Assembly: GCF_006345805.1 (NCBI RefSeq)
Contig: NC_043005.1
Location: 14,570,001-14,634,000, forward strand
DNA: 64,000 nucleotides
From: Octopus sinensis
Taxonomy: Eukaryota
Direction of reading: 5' to 3'
Part shown: piece by piece, positions 37,778 to 52,295 of the stretch
How positions within the stretch are numbered: the stretch's first letter is position 1
How the letters are laid out: the number at the start of each line of letters is the position of its first letter
Program-made: the position numbers and the translations under genes
Notes under the pieces: model-generated
Seen by the model: only the letters and a program-made list of their open reading frames with translations
Told to the model about the DNA's origin: nothing
The model's database searches: none

Positions 37778-38312
37778 GGTTAATAGCATTAAAAGTGAAT
37801 AGAATTTGTGAGAATAAAAAATTGAATTGGCAAATGTATTCTAGGCACAAGCATGGCTGAGTGGTTAAGAAGTTCGTTTTACAGTCATGTGGTTTCCAGT
37901 TCAGTAACACAACACAGCAATTTCGGCAAATGCCTTTTCCTATCGTCGGCCCGGGCTGACCAATGCCTTTTGAGCAAATTTGGTAGCCGGAAATATATAT
38001 ATTAAAGTTAGGTAAGGCCGGTTTTAGGGGTAACCTTAGGCTTCACGTCCATAATGGGCCTGGCTTTATGGCGTATCATCAGATCCCAAAACCTGTTCAT
38101 AAACCGGATATATATATGCGCGGGAGTGCGCGCGCGGTGTGTCTTTGTGTTTGTGCCTGTCTCTCATCAGCGTTTGACAACTACTACCAGTTTGTTTACG
38201 TCCTCGTACTTAACCAGCTCGGGGTCGAATTGTTTGACCTAATACCCTTCAAGGCGGTGCCCCAGCATGGCTGCATCTAATGGCTGAAACAAGTGGAAAA
38301 TGCAAAGTACTA

Positions 38313-38704
38313 TCTTTATATATAAAAGTAAGGTTGTGTGTCTGTCTCCTACGATTTAGATTCCTAACTACTCCCACATTTTGCGGTGCAGTTTAACCAA
38401 AACCGGGTATCTTATATCGTGATTCATATCGAGCCCTTCTGGGTATTAGCGCGCATCTACGATGAGTCTACGATTTAAAAAATAATTTACCATCATTTTT
38501 TTCCATTTTAATGCATTTTTTCGCTATTATATAAGGGAAGTAACTCTCTAAAATGTCTACGATGAGTCAACGATTTAAAAAAAATTTACCATTAGTTTTT
38601 TTCCATGTTTAATGCATTTTTTTGCTATTTTTTGGCTATAACTCTAAAAATGCTTTATAGTTATTTCCCTTACAAACCCGAGCAACGCCGGGCGATGCTG
38701 CTAG
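38313..38704 (+). mobile_element. Non-autonomous Helitron
   Basis: A|TC...CTAG|T. Confidence 0.9.
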
Positions 38705-38873
38705 TTTAATATAAATTTAAGCTAGACCGTTTCTTTTATGTCGTGGAGAGAAATTTGGACACTGATCGACGGTGTACAAAGATTAAATCCGAAGTAGATT
38801 TGTGATTGGATTTCTTAATTGAAAGAGGTCATTGTTGTTTGAACTTCTTGAAGTGAGACCGAATTCAGCCACG

Positions 38874-38957
<84 letters not shown>

Positions 38958-39500
38958 GCGTACGTGTTTGTGTGTGTTTGTATGTGTTTGTGTGTGTGTG
39001 TGTGTGTGTGTTTGTATGTGTTTGTGTGTGTGTATATAAAAATATACATATGTCTGTCAATCTATCTGTCTACGCACGTACGAACATACGCACGTATGAA
39101 TGTATGTATGTATGCATGTATGTATGTATGTATGCATGTATGTATGTATGCATGTATGTATGTATGTATGCATGTATGTATGTATGTATGCATGTATGTA
39201 TGTATGCATGTATGTATGTATGCATGTATGTATGTATGTATGCATGTATGTATGTATGCATGCATGTATATGTATGAATGCAGGCATAAATATACATACA
39301 CATATATCGATATATATGCATATCTCTATATGCGCACATGCTTGCATATAAATAAAACGTTCATACCCATGTATACATACACACACATACTCATATATAT
39401 CATGTGTGTGTGTGTGTGCGTGTGCATACATACACACGTACACAGGTATATACATACATACGTACGTACATATGTTTGTATGTGTGTGCGCGTGCGCGTT
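38874..39500. repeat. (TA)n/(TG)n/(ATGT,ATGC)n microsatellite block
   Basis: Direct reading. Confidence 0.95.
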
Positions 39501-39766
39501 TGTGTCTGTGTATTAATATGGAAAACGTGGACACAGGAGTCTTAATATTCTTAGCTAAGTAAACCTGACAAAGTACAAAAGCAAAAGAGGAAGTTTTAAT
39601 GATACTGCAATGAATTCGGAATATGAATAAATATAAATATCATTATTATTTTTTTAAATAGATACTCTACTTAAAAACATTAATGGTATCTTTAGTTATA
39701 TTTTGATAGAAAGAAATCTAGAGAGATATTCTAATGCTTTAATTTATCTAATTCAATGCTATCTAA

Positions 39767-40062
39767 TCTTTATATATAAAAGTGAAGTTGTGTGTCTGTC
39801 TCCTACGATTTAGATTCCTAACTACTCCCACATTTTGCGGTGCAGTGTAACCAAAAGCGGGTATCTTATAGTCGTGATTCATATCAAGCCCTTCTGGGTA
39901 TTAGCGCGCGTCTACGATGAGTCTACGATTTATAAAAAAGTTTACCATAATTTTTTCCCATTTTTAATGCATTTTTTTGCTATTTTTTGGCTATAACTCT
40001 CTAAAAATGCTTATATAGTTATTTCCCTTACAAACCCGAGCAACGCCGGGCGATACTGCTAG
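39767..40062 (+). mobile_element. Non-autonomous Helitron, short variant (296 bp)
   Basis: Same termini, lacks the internal block. Confidence 0.9.
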
Positions 40063-40273
40063 TCATTTATATTTTAACTTTTCTCATCGTTATTTTCACA
40101 TGTTTCGTACTCTTTTCTTTAAAAAAGCCAAACGTCGACTGTAATGTTTTTAAACATTCACTATTTGTCCTTCAAAATTCAGTTAAGTAAGGATATTGTC
40201 GCTCCTGCACTTCCATTTTTCGTAATAGTCTATTCTTTTTGCAGGCAACGCAATATTTTAGTTATTTAAAATT

Positions 40274-40500
40274 CTCTTTTACTCTTTACTCTTTTAATTG
40301 TTTCAGTCATTTGAGTGCGGCCATGCTGGAGCACCGCCTTTTAGTCGAGGAAAATCGACCCTAGGACTTATTCTTTGTAAGCCTAGTATTTATTCTATCG
40401 GTCTCTTTTGCCGAACCGCTAGGTTACGGGGAGCTAAACACACCAGCATCGATGTTGGGGGGACAAATACAGACACACAAACACATACATATATATATAT

Positions 40501-40569
<69 letters not shown>

Positions 40570-40700
40570 TACGACGGGCTTCTTTCAGTTTCCGTCTACT
40601 AAATCCACTCACAAGGCTTTGGTCGGCCCGAGACTATAGTAGAAGACACTTGCCCAAGGTTCCACGCAGTGGGACTGAACCTGGAACCATGTGATTCGTA
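40274..40700 (-). mobile_element. SINE family A
   Basis: Tail, (TA)n and most of the head. Confidence 0.85.
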
Positions 40701-41104
40701 AATATACCATAAATAAGTTCATTAATTATCTATTTAAATTTTAATTTGAAGTAAAATGTTATTCTAAACAAAATTAAGAATATGATAAAGCAGATTCCTC
40801 TTCAAATGGTTCAAAGCAGAAGTAATGCATATGATAATAAAGTAAGATTGTTTGAATAAAAGCAGATGAAATGACAAAGAAAAGGAAGGGCCAATGACCA
40901 GGGTGAGTCTGTTTGCTTAAAGTTCAAATACAACGTAATTAGTGTTGATTTGACAAAGACAAAATGGCCGAAATAAAAGAATGATTAATCATTTCAAAAA
41001 TGACAAAAGAAAAGCTACGAATGTGAGATCATAATATATGAGAAAAAAAGGCATAGATAAGAAAAACTTAATATTTTTTCTTTTTACTTTATGTCTCTAA
41101 CCTA

Positions 41105-41309
41105 TTTCAGTCATTGAACTTCGGCCATGCTGGGGCATTGCGTTAGGGGTGGGAGTTGTCGAACAAATCGACACCAGTACTTGCGCATTTTTTTAAAGTC
41201 TGGTATTAGTTTTATCGTTCTCTTTTACCGAACCTCCAAGTTACCGAGTCGTAAATAAGCGTACACCGGTTGTCAAGCGGTAGGGAAGGGGTGACAAAAA
41301 CAATGACGC

Positions 41310-41350
<41 letters not shown>

Positions 41351-41495
41351 TGCATGTACATCTATGTATGTATGTATGTATGTATGTGTGTGTGTGTATG
41401 TATGTATGTATGTATGTATGTATTGTATGTATGTATGTGTGTGTGTATGTATGTATGTATGTATGTATGTATGTATGTATGTATGTATGTATGTA

Positions 41496-41526
<31 letters not shown>

Positions 41527-41650
41527 ATGTATGTATGTATGTATGTATGTATGTATGTGTGTGTGTTGTATGTATGTATGTATGTATGTATGTATGTATG
41601 TATGTATGTATGTATGTATGTATGTGTGTGTGTGTATGTATGTATGTATG

Positions 41651-41681
<31 letters not shown>

Positions 41682-41822
41682 GCGACAAACTAACACAGTT
41701 TCTGTCAACTAAATTCACTCACAAGGTATTGACCGGCCTGGGCCTATAGTAGAAGATACTACGGGACTGAACCCGAAACCATGTGGTAACAAAGCGATCT
41801 TCTTCACCACACAGTCTGCGCC
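41105..41822 (-). mobile_element. SINE family A, diverged, with about 370-bp internal microsatellite expansion
   Basis: Tail-like 41105-41290 and head-like 41690-41822 flank (CA)n/(ATGT)n. Confidence 0.72.
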
Positions 41823-41978
41823 TATCTTAATGATAAGAACTGATAAAGGTTAATAACAGCAAAATTAAGTAAAACAAGGAGGTTTTTTTAAATTTAGGTA
41901 GGTACGTAGATAAAGTCCCATGGTCTTTCACTACAATTCTGATTTCAAAGCAGTGACGATTTCCTAATCAAACAGAAA

Positions 41979-42380
41979 TCTTTATATATAAAAGTGAGGT
42001 TGTGTGCTGTCTGTCTCCTACGATTTAGATTCCTAACTACTCTCACATTTTGCGGTGCAGTTTAACCAAAACCGGGTATCTTATAGTCGTTATTCATATC
42101 GAGCCCTTCTGGGTATTAGCGCGCGTCTACGATGAGTCTACGATTTAAAAAAAAATTTACCATAAATTTTTCCCATTTTTAATGCATTTTTGGCATATAT
42201 AAGGGAAGTAACTCTCTAAAAATTTATTATTAAATCTCAGAACGTAAAAAGCTACAGTAACACCCTCCCCCCCGCTTTGTGGTTAGCCATATTGAGATGG
42301 CTATTATACTTTACATCTCTAAAAATGCTTATATAGTTATTTCCCTTACAAACCCGAGCGACGCCGGGCGATACTGCTAG
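41979..42380 (+). mobile_element. Non-autonomous Helitron
   Basis: A|TC...CTAG|T. Confidence 0.9.
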
Positions 42381-43189
42381 TACTTTATATAACGATTCAT
42401 TTGTACATGCGATCATCCTTAACCATTTACTTGTCAGTGTATTACATGTGATAACACAGGGCATATTTCCATGACGTTCATGCATCGTATACGATACACA
42501 TTCCCAATGTTTTTTAACACTGTAACTGGGGACTTACGAAGGAAAAGCTGAATATTACACAGAACGTATGAAAGAAGGGCTAACAAAAAAATCTGAAAAC
42601 AAGCATGGACGCTTTTGGACAAACATATAAAAATGCTTTGATCAGGCAAACGGTTAAATTTGGTCACTATCGCCCTCAACTGTTTTTCTACGGAAACAAT
42701 TTTGACGAGATTGTTAGCATCAGATTCCTCTCGTTAATATGTTTTATTTAAGCTTAATTACAGTAAATTTATTTTAAAATCATATAGACCAAATGGTTTA
42801 AACACCAGACAGAACGTCCCTTCCAATGTGACCACTTTTTCTCTCATGTCCTTATTTTCTAGCAAGAACATTTTGACGTGGATTTTTGCAACTACATATA
42901 TCACATTGAAATCTATCATTTCAAGTAAATTATTACAAAAAGTATTCAGACATAAGAATGATATGTGTAATATACCTTCACCCATAACTACGTATATGGC
43001 TGTATGTGTGCATTTAAATGGTGAGTATGAAGGAATAGATTTTCACTCTGACATGTATAATCTGGTGTAGACGCGAATACAAAATGGCATATATGCTACG
43101 TTCCTACGAATGAATGCGAATGAACCATGCATATATATTCCCACGACACACACACACACAAACACACACACACGAGCGCTCACACACAC

Positions 43190-43251
<62 letters not shown>

Positions 43252-44181
43252 CACGAACAGATATTCAATTGTTCAATTCCCGCTACAAGGTCTTCAAGAG
43301 CGTGGTAATTTATTTGCACGATTCAAACCAATTGATGTGTGTGTGTGTGCGCGCATGCGGAGTGAGGGTGGTATCTTTGCATGTATGTATGTATGTATGT
43401 ATGTATGTATGTATGTATGCATGTATGTATGTATGTATGTATGCATGTATGTATGTATGCATGTATGTATGTATGTATGCATGTATGCATGTATGTATGC
43501 ATGCATGCATGCATGTATGTATGTATGTGTGGGTGTGTGTGTATGTATGTATGTATGTATGTATGTATGCATGTATGTATGTTTACTTGTTTGTCCTGGG
43601 TATGACGTTAAGGTGCATCCGGTAGTGGGGTTTTGGTTCACAAATTCCAGGGTTTTGAAAAATGTGGAACCACCTCTTAGCTACTATTTCTCCCAAGACC
43701 GCTCTGACCCGGCGTAGTAGCAACTATCAGGGTCCCAGTAATACGTTAAGTAGAATGTGTGATGACAATCCAAGCGCGTGGATGCAGAAATACTCTTGGC
43801 CCGCTTTAAAATCTCGGAGACTCAGAGAATGGTACACGTGTTGTACAAGCGTTTATCACTAAAATCCAATTATGTAAAAATATCTCTTTATGGTTACCTT
43901 CCTTGTTATCCCATCTTCTGAAAGTCCTATTGTGATTGAAGCTCACAGATCATGCAGATTTGCAGTGGTACCGAATTGTCATCCGACAAGTCATGCCGAA
44001 AAATCAGAAATGGAGCCAGATGGTAATCGTCAGTGAAGGTGGAGTAATCCGCATGTATGTATGTATGTATGTATGTATGTATGTATGTATGTATGTATGT
44101 ATGTATGTATGTTTATATGCATGTATATATGTATTTGTATATGTGTATATATGTATTTGTATATGTGTATATATGTGTATA

Positions 44182-44478
44182 GGCATAGGAGTGGCTGTGT
44201 GGTAAGTAACTTACTTATGAACTGCATGGTTCCGGGTTCAGTCCCACTGCGTGGCACCTTGGGCAAGTGTCTTCTACTATAGCCTCGGGCCGACCAGGGC
44301 CTTGTGAGTGAATTTGGTACTGGTGTGTTTACGTCCCCGTAACTTAGCGGTTCGGCAAAAGAGACCGATAGAATAAGTACTAGGCTTACAAAGTCCTGGG
44401 ATCGATTTGCTCCACTAAATGGGGTGCTCCAGCATGGCCACAGTCAAATGACTGAAACAAGTAAAAGAGAATAAGAGT
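44182..44478 (+). mobile_element. SINE family A lacking the internal microsatellite
   Basis: Head joined directly to the tail at TTTGGTA|CTGGTGTG. Confidence 0.85.
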
Positions 44479-44499
44479 ATGTGTATACACACACAGACA

Positions 44500-44578
<79 letters not shown>

Positions 44579-44858
44579 GCATGCGTTCACATAAATATAC
44601 CAGTATTCTCTCACCAATTAACAGTCTCGCCCTAATAAATGATAATTATACATATACTTTCCTGTTCAACTATACATTTGTACAAGTTCTACTGGTTTTT
44701 ATTTCTCATTCTAGTACCCCACAAACGGGCAACTCACGGACTCGACTTTCAGGGATAGCTACATGTATAACTGATATCTACGGCATTGACATTAATGCAA
44801 GGCGAAACTTCAGATCAGTCGACATTTGTAAATATGTGCGTGTGCGCGAGAGTCTGTG

Positions 44859-44889
<31 letters not shown>

Positions 44890-45007
44890 TGACGAAAGTT
44901 ATTACAACGGTCAATAACAGAAAAGAGTCTGGCACTCCCTTGTTATTCTCACTGCACTCTGCAGTGAACTCGTGATTGGCCCGTTGGAAACACGCTATAT
45001 CTTTATA

Positions 45008-45402
45008 TCTTTATATATAAAAGAGGGGCTGTGTGCTGTCTGTCTCCTACGATTTAGATTCCTAACTACTCCCACATTTTGCGGTGCAGTTCAACCAAAA
45101 CTGAGTATCTTATAGTCGTGATTCATATCGAGCCCTTCTGGGTATTAGTGCGCGTCTACGATGAGTCTACGATTTTAAAAATAATTTACCATCAATTTTT
45201 CCCATTTTTAATGCAGTTTTGGCATATATAAGGGAAGTAACTCACTAAAAATTATTATTAAATCTCAGAACGTAAAAAGCTACAGTAACACCCCCCCTTT
45301 GTGGTTAGCTATATTGAGATGGCTATTATACTTTACATCTCTAAACATGCTTATATAGTTATTTCCCTTACAAACCCGAGCAACGCCGGGTGATACTGCT
45401 AG
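45008..45402 (+). mobile_element. Non-autonomous Helitron
   Basis: A|TC...CTAG|T; the first bases (ATCTTTAT) are duplicated immediately upstream. Confidence 0.9.
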
Positions 45403-45849
45403 TATTTTTATAAAATATTTCTACTTTAGTTCTCAGCTGCGAAATTATCACTATTGTCTCTGTGATCACTCTGTAACCTGCCTGCTAGAAACAGCAGCTA
45501 AATATCTTTCACTTAAAACCTTACAACATTAAAAAGAAAAAAGAACACATATTCCGGACATAGTATGTCGGAATAAAAGTAACGATAGTCATAATGGTTC
45601 GGTTCTGATTTAAGTCTGAAGAACAACTAAAACAATAACTACAACTACTGCACCAATTATCACACCTGGCAACCAATAAGAGGTCCTCTACGCAATTTCT
45701 GTATCGACTTCAAATAGCAATCAAATATCCTTTCATCACACTCCCATCTTCTTGAAACGAAGGCCATGTTGGATGATGTCTAAGATACACTATGTCAGAA
45801 AAATAACAGGATATCATATTTGGGACGGCTTCATAATCTTCTCTACTCA

Positions 45850-46430
45850 ACACTAAACATAATTGTACGTTGGAGAACCTCTGGGCTGGAGATGTGATCT
45901 CATTAAGAAATGTTTATTGTAGATCGTAGCTCGCTCATTTAACAGTTCATCGGCTTTTTTTACGAGTCGGTAATACAGCGAGCAGATCCCTGCAGAGTCC
46001 AATGACAAGATTGTACTAATTGATAGACTTTGCATTTTGCATACAATTTTATGCCTCGATCATTGAGTTTTTCAAAAGCAGATAATATAGCAACCCATCA
46101 CCGCATTATCATTAGAAATGGTATTACCAAAATTATGAACTTCTTCACAACATTGCTGACTAGAGGTTTATGTTCCAGTATTTAATGTTTAAGCTGATTA
46201 GAAAATGATGCACCATTTTCTGGATATCATGTAGGAAATGATCTACATGTGCTGGGTCGTTAATGAAAAGAAGTTCGTGAATGTCACATATATCACAATA
46301 TTTCCTAGTAAAAGTTTTCTTACGGACGTTCAACAACCCACCACAGACACTACTCGAGTGCTTACTCTCCATGTTTTCAAATACTGCAAATAACATTGGA
46401 CCAAGTACAAAATCACCCTTTATGCCTTCC
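45850..46430 (-). mobile_element. Possible highly decayed Penelope-like RT remnant
   Basis: EGIKGDFVLGPMLFAVFENMESK...TRKYCDI...LFINDPAHVDHFL loosely resembles PLE RT motifs; no intact YxDD. Confidence 0.25.
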
Positions 46431-46432
46431 GT

Positions 46433-46853
46433 AAACTAGAATAGAATGTTTTTTTATATATACATCGAATGGCTATGGCAGGCCAGCTGAGTAAACTAAG
46501 AATCATAGGGGCCCATTGGAAAAAATGATTGAGAAACACTGCTCTATACGATCGCCCTGCTTGCCAAAACAGAAACTAAATCTAAGGCGGCGAGCTGGCA
46601 GAATCGTTAGCAGAATCGTTATTATAAGGAATAGTTTTAAAGAAAAATTAAAGTATTCTGTGTGTTGTAAAAGTATAAGCAATTTATTGCACATAAATTT
46701 TAACAACAAAATCTTATATGGAACCCCAAACGCCATATGGACCCTTGTTGAGAATTACTGGTAATGAGGTTCAAAGTAAACATCAAATACAAGTCACATC
46801 AGCAAGAAACGGATTAAACCATGGGCTTTACGAGCAGCAGACCAGCAACAGGA
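46433..46853. repeat. Rearranged duplicate of 52226-52652 (5' part inverted)
   Basis: 46433-46611 is the reverse complement of 52226-52408; 46621-46853 equals 52420-52652 with 2 substitutions seen. Confidence 0.9.
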
Positions 46854-47405
46854 ATCCGAACCGTTGCTCCCAAGCGAGATAGTTCCAGGCATACTATCTT
46901 AGAACTGCTTGCCTTTTGCTGAATTTGTCGCAAGATGAAAAACATACGTAATCGTCGCCGGATTTCGTTCAGATATTTCGTTCAGATTATTAGAATTGCC
47001 TGAGCTAACATTTTCACTGAAAATAAAAGAAGGGAAATTTCTCGGTAATTTTCACAGTCCTTCCGCTTGTAAATGGTGATTATCACTGCAACGGCAACAT
47101 CAAACACATCAATGTTTCTTTAATTCTGTTAAGTTCCCAGAAAGTCAAGAGTTTGATGCAATTTCAACAATGCACTTGAAGCTTTTTAATTGAACTTATA
47201 CCGCTAATATTCCCAGTTGTGATGGGGTGGGTGAGAGAGACGCATGAATGTCGTATCTTCCTATTTTCCGTCTCTTTTAAACCAGCGACTTGAAGAAATG
47301 ATAGTGACGGACTAAATATCGACTGCATAACTAGGTTTTTACCTTCAGGTCAGGTCAGAAAATACTTGAACCCTCATCAGTAACATACTCGAAGAAACAA
47401 ATAAC

Positions 47406-47830
47406 GGATCTTTTCGGTTTGAACGGCAGTTTTTTCTAGCGGTGTCATATGAAATTATCACCCATAATTATGACCCTAGAATCGATCTATTGCATTTCAA
47501 TCTATTTTAGGGTTAGGTTTAGTTAGGGTTAGGGGTGGGAGAGGGTATCTTTTTTTCTTCACAAATGTAAATAAACCTAATCTGTTTCTTAAACGAGGAA
47601 CATATTCATACGGCACAGAATGTTGTTTACCTCAATAGACGTCATTGATTGGTTGAAATTGCAGAAATTGAAGAAAAAAAGCAACAAATATCTTACAAAC
47701 TATAGAATTTTCTCAATAAAGCCAAGAGAAAAAGATGTTTTATAAACACATTCTACCAGTATACGAAGTTTAACATTTTTTAGTTACCTAGAAATTATGT
47801 TAAAAACTGCCGTTCAAACCGAAAAGGTCC
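47406..47830 (+). mobile_element. MITE with GG..CC termini and 8-bp TSD (Merlin-like)
   Basis: About 29-bp TIR GGATCTTTTCGGTTTGAACGGCAGTTTTT; TSD CAAATAAC/CAAATTAC; internal TTAGGG-like repeats. Confidence 0.82.
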
Positions 47831-48224
47831 CAAATTACACCCAAACAGATATATTGTGCGCATATCTGGAACAGTACTACACACAAATATATCCTTAACT
47901 ACATCGAAAAGAAGACCATCTTGTTGATTAAACAACAATACACATAACAGCATGCTACGTCAAATAGATCAGAGACATACTTCCACCTCTATCTAGCCTC
48001 TATACTGCTACATCAGTGCTCTTTGTCCTCTGACCATGCCCTTCTTCATTCGGGCCCACCCATTCTTCTTCCTTTCGTTGCTGTGTCTCGCCGTCCAAGC
48101 ACTGTAATCTATCCTTCCCTCACAACACTGAAATCTGGAAATCATCTCCATGCCCATCTTCTTTCCCTGTGAACCAGACGTAAATATATATAAACATCCC
48201 CAAACCGATAGACGTAACTGTTGG

Positions 48225-48636
48225 GGATCTTTTCGGTTTGAACAGCAGTTTTTTTAAATAATTCCCACTTAACTAAAAAATTTTAAACTTCGTATGCTGG
48301 TAGAATGTGTTTATAAAGCATCTTTTTCTCTTGGCTTTATTGAGAAAATTCTATAGTTTTTAAGATAGTTTTCTTCAATTTCTGCAATTTCAACCAATCA
48401 ATTACGTGTATTGAGATAAATAACATTCTGTGCCGTATGAATATGTCCCTCGTTTAAGAAATATATTGGGTTTATTTACGTTTGTGAAGAAAAAAAAGAT
48501 ACCCTTCCCCCTACCCCTAACCCTAACCCTAACTAATCCTAACCCTAAAATAGATTGACATACTAGGGTCATAATTATGGCTGACAATTTCATATGACAC
48601 CGCTAGAAAAAACTGCCGTTCAAACCGAAAAGATCC
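48225..48636 (-). mobile_element. Second copy of the Merlin-like MITE, inverted
   Basis: Perfect 8-bp TSD ACTGTTGG (48217-48224, 48637-48644); internal (CCCTAA)n. Confidence 0.85.
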
Positions 48637-49636
48637 ACTGTTGGACAGTAACGAATACACGTGATGCACAATAACTTTAATCAAGTCTATACCTATATCT
48701 ACGAGAGATAAACATTGCTGAATACTGTTTAACTCAACCAAAAGTCAGCAAGGGAAATAACTCAAATAATGCGGGGTTTTTTAAAATTCTGCTTTTTAAT
48801 TTTCCACTGCGGTGTAAAAACTTCAAACTATTCCCATTTCAAGTTACCTCCCTGCAATCTGACATCGATTTCATATTCCCCTTCTGGGTTAGCCTGGACA
48901 CAGTTTCATATACTACTACTAATGCTGCTGCCGCCGCCGCCACCGTCGCTCTTGTTACTACTGCTGCTGCTGCAGGGATAAAAAGTGGTAGTTTAATGTC
49001 TTGAGGGAGTAACCTGAAATCATATGGGGTAAAATGAAATCACCTTCCAGCCACTACAAATGAGAGATTTGAAATAAATTTCATCCTACTTCTTGGTAAT
49101 CTGAACACGATTTGAGCGGGTGGATTTGTAGAATCGTTAGAGTGCTAGACAAAATCCCTTCCGGTATTTTTTTCCCGTCTCTTTACGTTCTGATTTCAAA
49201 TCAATCCCGCCATGGTTAACAACGAAGATTTCGCTCTTCCGTGGTCAGTAAAATAAAGTACCAGTCAAATACTGGGGAAAAATGTAATCAACTAAGGCGC
49301 CACCCTGCAAAATTGTCGATCTTATGTCTCAATCAAACAGTCTCAATCAGTCTGAATGCGTTATCAAGTTACCGAGTGGAAATGTGAACTGGAGGTAATT
49401 TCAAATCGCTACACCGGATGGTTGAAAGTAAGAAGCTTTCAATGTTGTAAGAGGGCTTCACAAGCATTTATTAGGTTGCAGCGCTGTTTACAAAACAGAG
49501 GAATGAACTAAATTAGTCTGGGCTGCAAGTAGACGAGCTGTTTGGGTGCTGTGCGTATAACTTTAAAAAAAAAGCGCCGAGACATCAGCGTGTGCTCCAC
49601 CAGGATTTTTCCTACTTCTTTTTTTCCATTTTGTAG

Positions 49637-49746
<110 letters not shown>

Positions 49747-50332
49747 TACTATCAGCATCCTCCCTTTACATTGGCTGAAAAATGCAATCGGAAAATTTTT
49801 AATAACTCGCAAGCAAGAAAGCTGTAGCTTTATAATAATGTATATCACCGAATAAATCTAAAAACTAGCAAAACGCGAACAGTTTCCCACCAAATCATTT
49901 GTCTGGTCAAACAACACACGACCATTCGATTCCTCTGTCCTGCTTCATCTCTATTCTTCATGTTCCTCACTTTCCAGGGGGACATCACCTGTTTTTAGTC
50001 GGATTAAGAAATTTTGTCCAAGTTTTACAGAGTTTATGATCGCCTACCTTCTCCCAGCGCATAACGCCGGCTCTGCCACCTCCATCATCACTACTTGCAA
50101 CCCATCATAGTGAATTTTGAAGAGAGAGCAACACGCCCAGACTGTCACACGGTATGCATTCTTATATAAGATCTATCACTACATGTCGGAGTGTACAGTA
50201 TAGGTCTCAGCAAGATGGACGCATAGTATAACTTGGAAGATTACTGTCTGCCCGTGAGCTGTAGGACGGCTGGGTCAGGGATGACTTGGAGTTACACATC
50301 TTCTACGCAACCATCTCTATTATAACACCACC

Positions 50333-50383
<51 letters not shown>

Positions 50384-51220
50384 AACAACAACAACAACAA
50401 CAATAACAACAACACTATCAATACTATGAACACAGCTACTGCGATTTTGGCACCTCTGCCATTACCACCATTACCATTTCCACCACTACTATTACCACAA
50501 CCCTCTCTACCACCGTCATCACTAAGACCACTGCTACCACCACTAGTGCTATTATCGACACAACCACTGCTACCTTTATGACTACCACCACCATCTCAAC
50601 AACTACCATCGAACCAACAAATGTGTGTGTGTGTGTGTGCGTGTGTGTGTGTGTGTGTACACATACTCTTTTACCATTTTACTTGTTTCAGACATTTGAC
50701 TGTGGCCATGCTGGAGCATCGCCTTTAGTCGAGCAAATCGACCCCAGGAGTTATTCTTTGTAAACCTAGTACTTATGCTATCGGTCTCTTTTGCCGAACC
50801 GCTAAGTTACGGGGACGTAAACACACCAGCATCGGTTGTCAAGCGATGTTGGTGGGGACACTCGTCTTTCGTCCTTCTAGAATAAACAGCCAAATCTTCC
50901 TTGAAATAACTCTCTAACATCTTAGCACGCGTTGAACGAATACGGAGAGTGGTCAGAAATGGACTGCTTTTGATCATTTGCTGACAACAGAAACAACAAC
51001 AACACTACGAACAATAGAATAAAGAGACCGGTAGAATAAGTACTAGGCTTACAAAGTATAAGTCCTGGGGTCAATTTGTTCGACTAAAGGCGGTGCTCCA
51101 GCATGGCAGCAGTCAAATGACCGAAACAAGTAAAAGAAAAGAATACCATCTCCACCACCACCACCACCGCCACCACCATCATTATCCTTTGCATCAATAA
51201 ATTCTTTTCTTTCTTTGATT

Positions 51221-51626
51221 CTTTTACTTGTTTCAGTCATTTCACTGCGGCCATGCTGGAGCACCGCCTTCAGTCGAGCAAAGCGGCCCCAAGACTTATA
51301 CTTTGTAAGCCTAGTACTTATTCTATCGGTCTATTTTGCCGAACCGCTAAGTTACGGGGACGTAAGCACACCAGCATCGGTTCTCAAGTGATGTTGGGGG
51401 GGGGGACAAACACACACACACAAACATATATACACACATACATATATATATATATATACATATATACGACGGGCTTCTTTCAGTTTCCGTCTACCAAATC
51501 CACTCAAAAGGCTTTCGTCGGCCCGAGCCTATTGTAGAAGACACTTGCACAAGATGCCACGCAGTGGGACTGAACCTGGAACCATGTGGTTAGAAAGCAA
51601 GCTACTTACCACATAGCCACTCCTAT
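51221..51626 (-). mobile_element. SINE family A (partial copies also at about 50668-50860 minus and 51020-51141 plus)
   Basis: Family consensus match by eye. Confidence 0.87.
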
Positions 51627-52020
51627 CCTCACTGAAGTTACTCGAACTGGAAAAAATAGTTGTCAAGTTTTCTAAGATTTACATTATATTACCTTTATAA
51701 AGATTAACACATTAATTTTATCTTCGATACGCTATGCCCGGAAGAGAAAAGACGGGATGATTACTGCTGGATACTCTTTGGTCATTAAGTTTGTTCAATC
51801 AAGGTTTGTCCAAGGCTAAACAAGTCATCAATCAACAAAACCTATATCGAATGGCGTAAACTAACACAATCAACAATCACATTCAACAAACCCTCTCGCT
51901 CAAGAGCATAACCGTACCACACACACACACACACCACAACACACACACACACACACACACATACACACACACACACAAATGTCAATAACACAAACTTAAA
52001 CGGAGAGAAATTTACTTTTT

Positions 52021-52251
52021 TATTTCTTTACTACCCACAAGGGGCTATACACAGAGGGGACAAACAAGGACAGACAAACGGATTAAGTCGATTACATCGA
52101 CCCCAGTTCGTATCCGGTACTTATTTAATCGACCCCGAAAGGATGAAAGGCAAAGTTGACCTCGGCGGGATGTGAACTCAGAACGTAACGACAGACGAAA
52201 TACCGCTAAGCATTTCGCCCGGCGTGCTAACGTTTCTGCCAGCTCGCCGCC
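52021..52251 (-). mobile_element. SINE family B monomer
   Basis: Complete head and unit. Confidence 0.9.
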
Positions 52252-52295
52252 TTAAATTTAGTTTCTGTTTTGGCAAGCAGGGCGATCGTATAGAG

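Noticed and set aside
47507-48547. Telomere or chromosome-fusion site
   Set aside because: The TTAGGG-like tracts are short, degenerate and internal to a MITE with TSDs.
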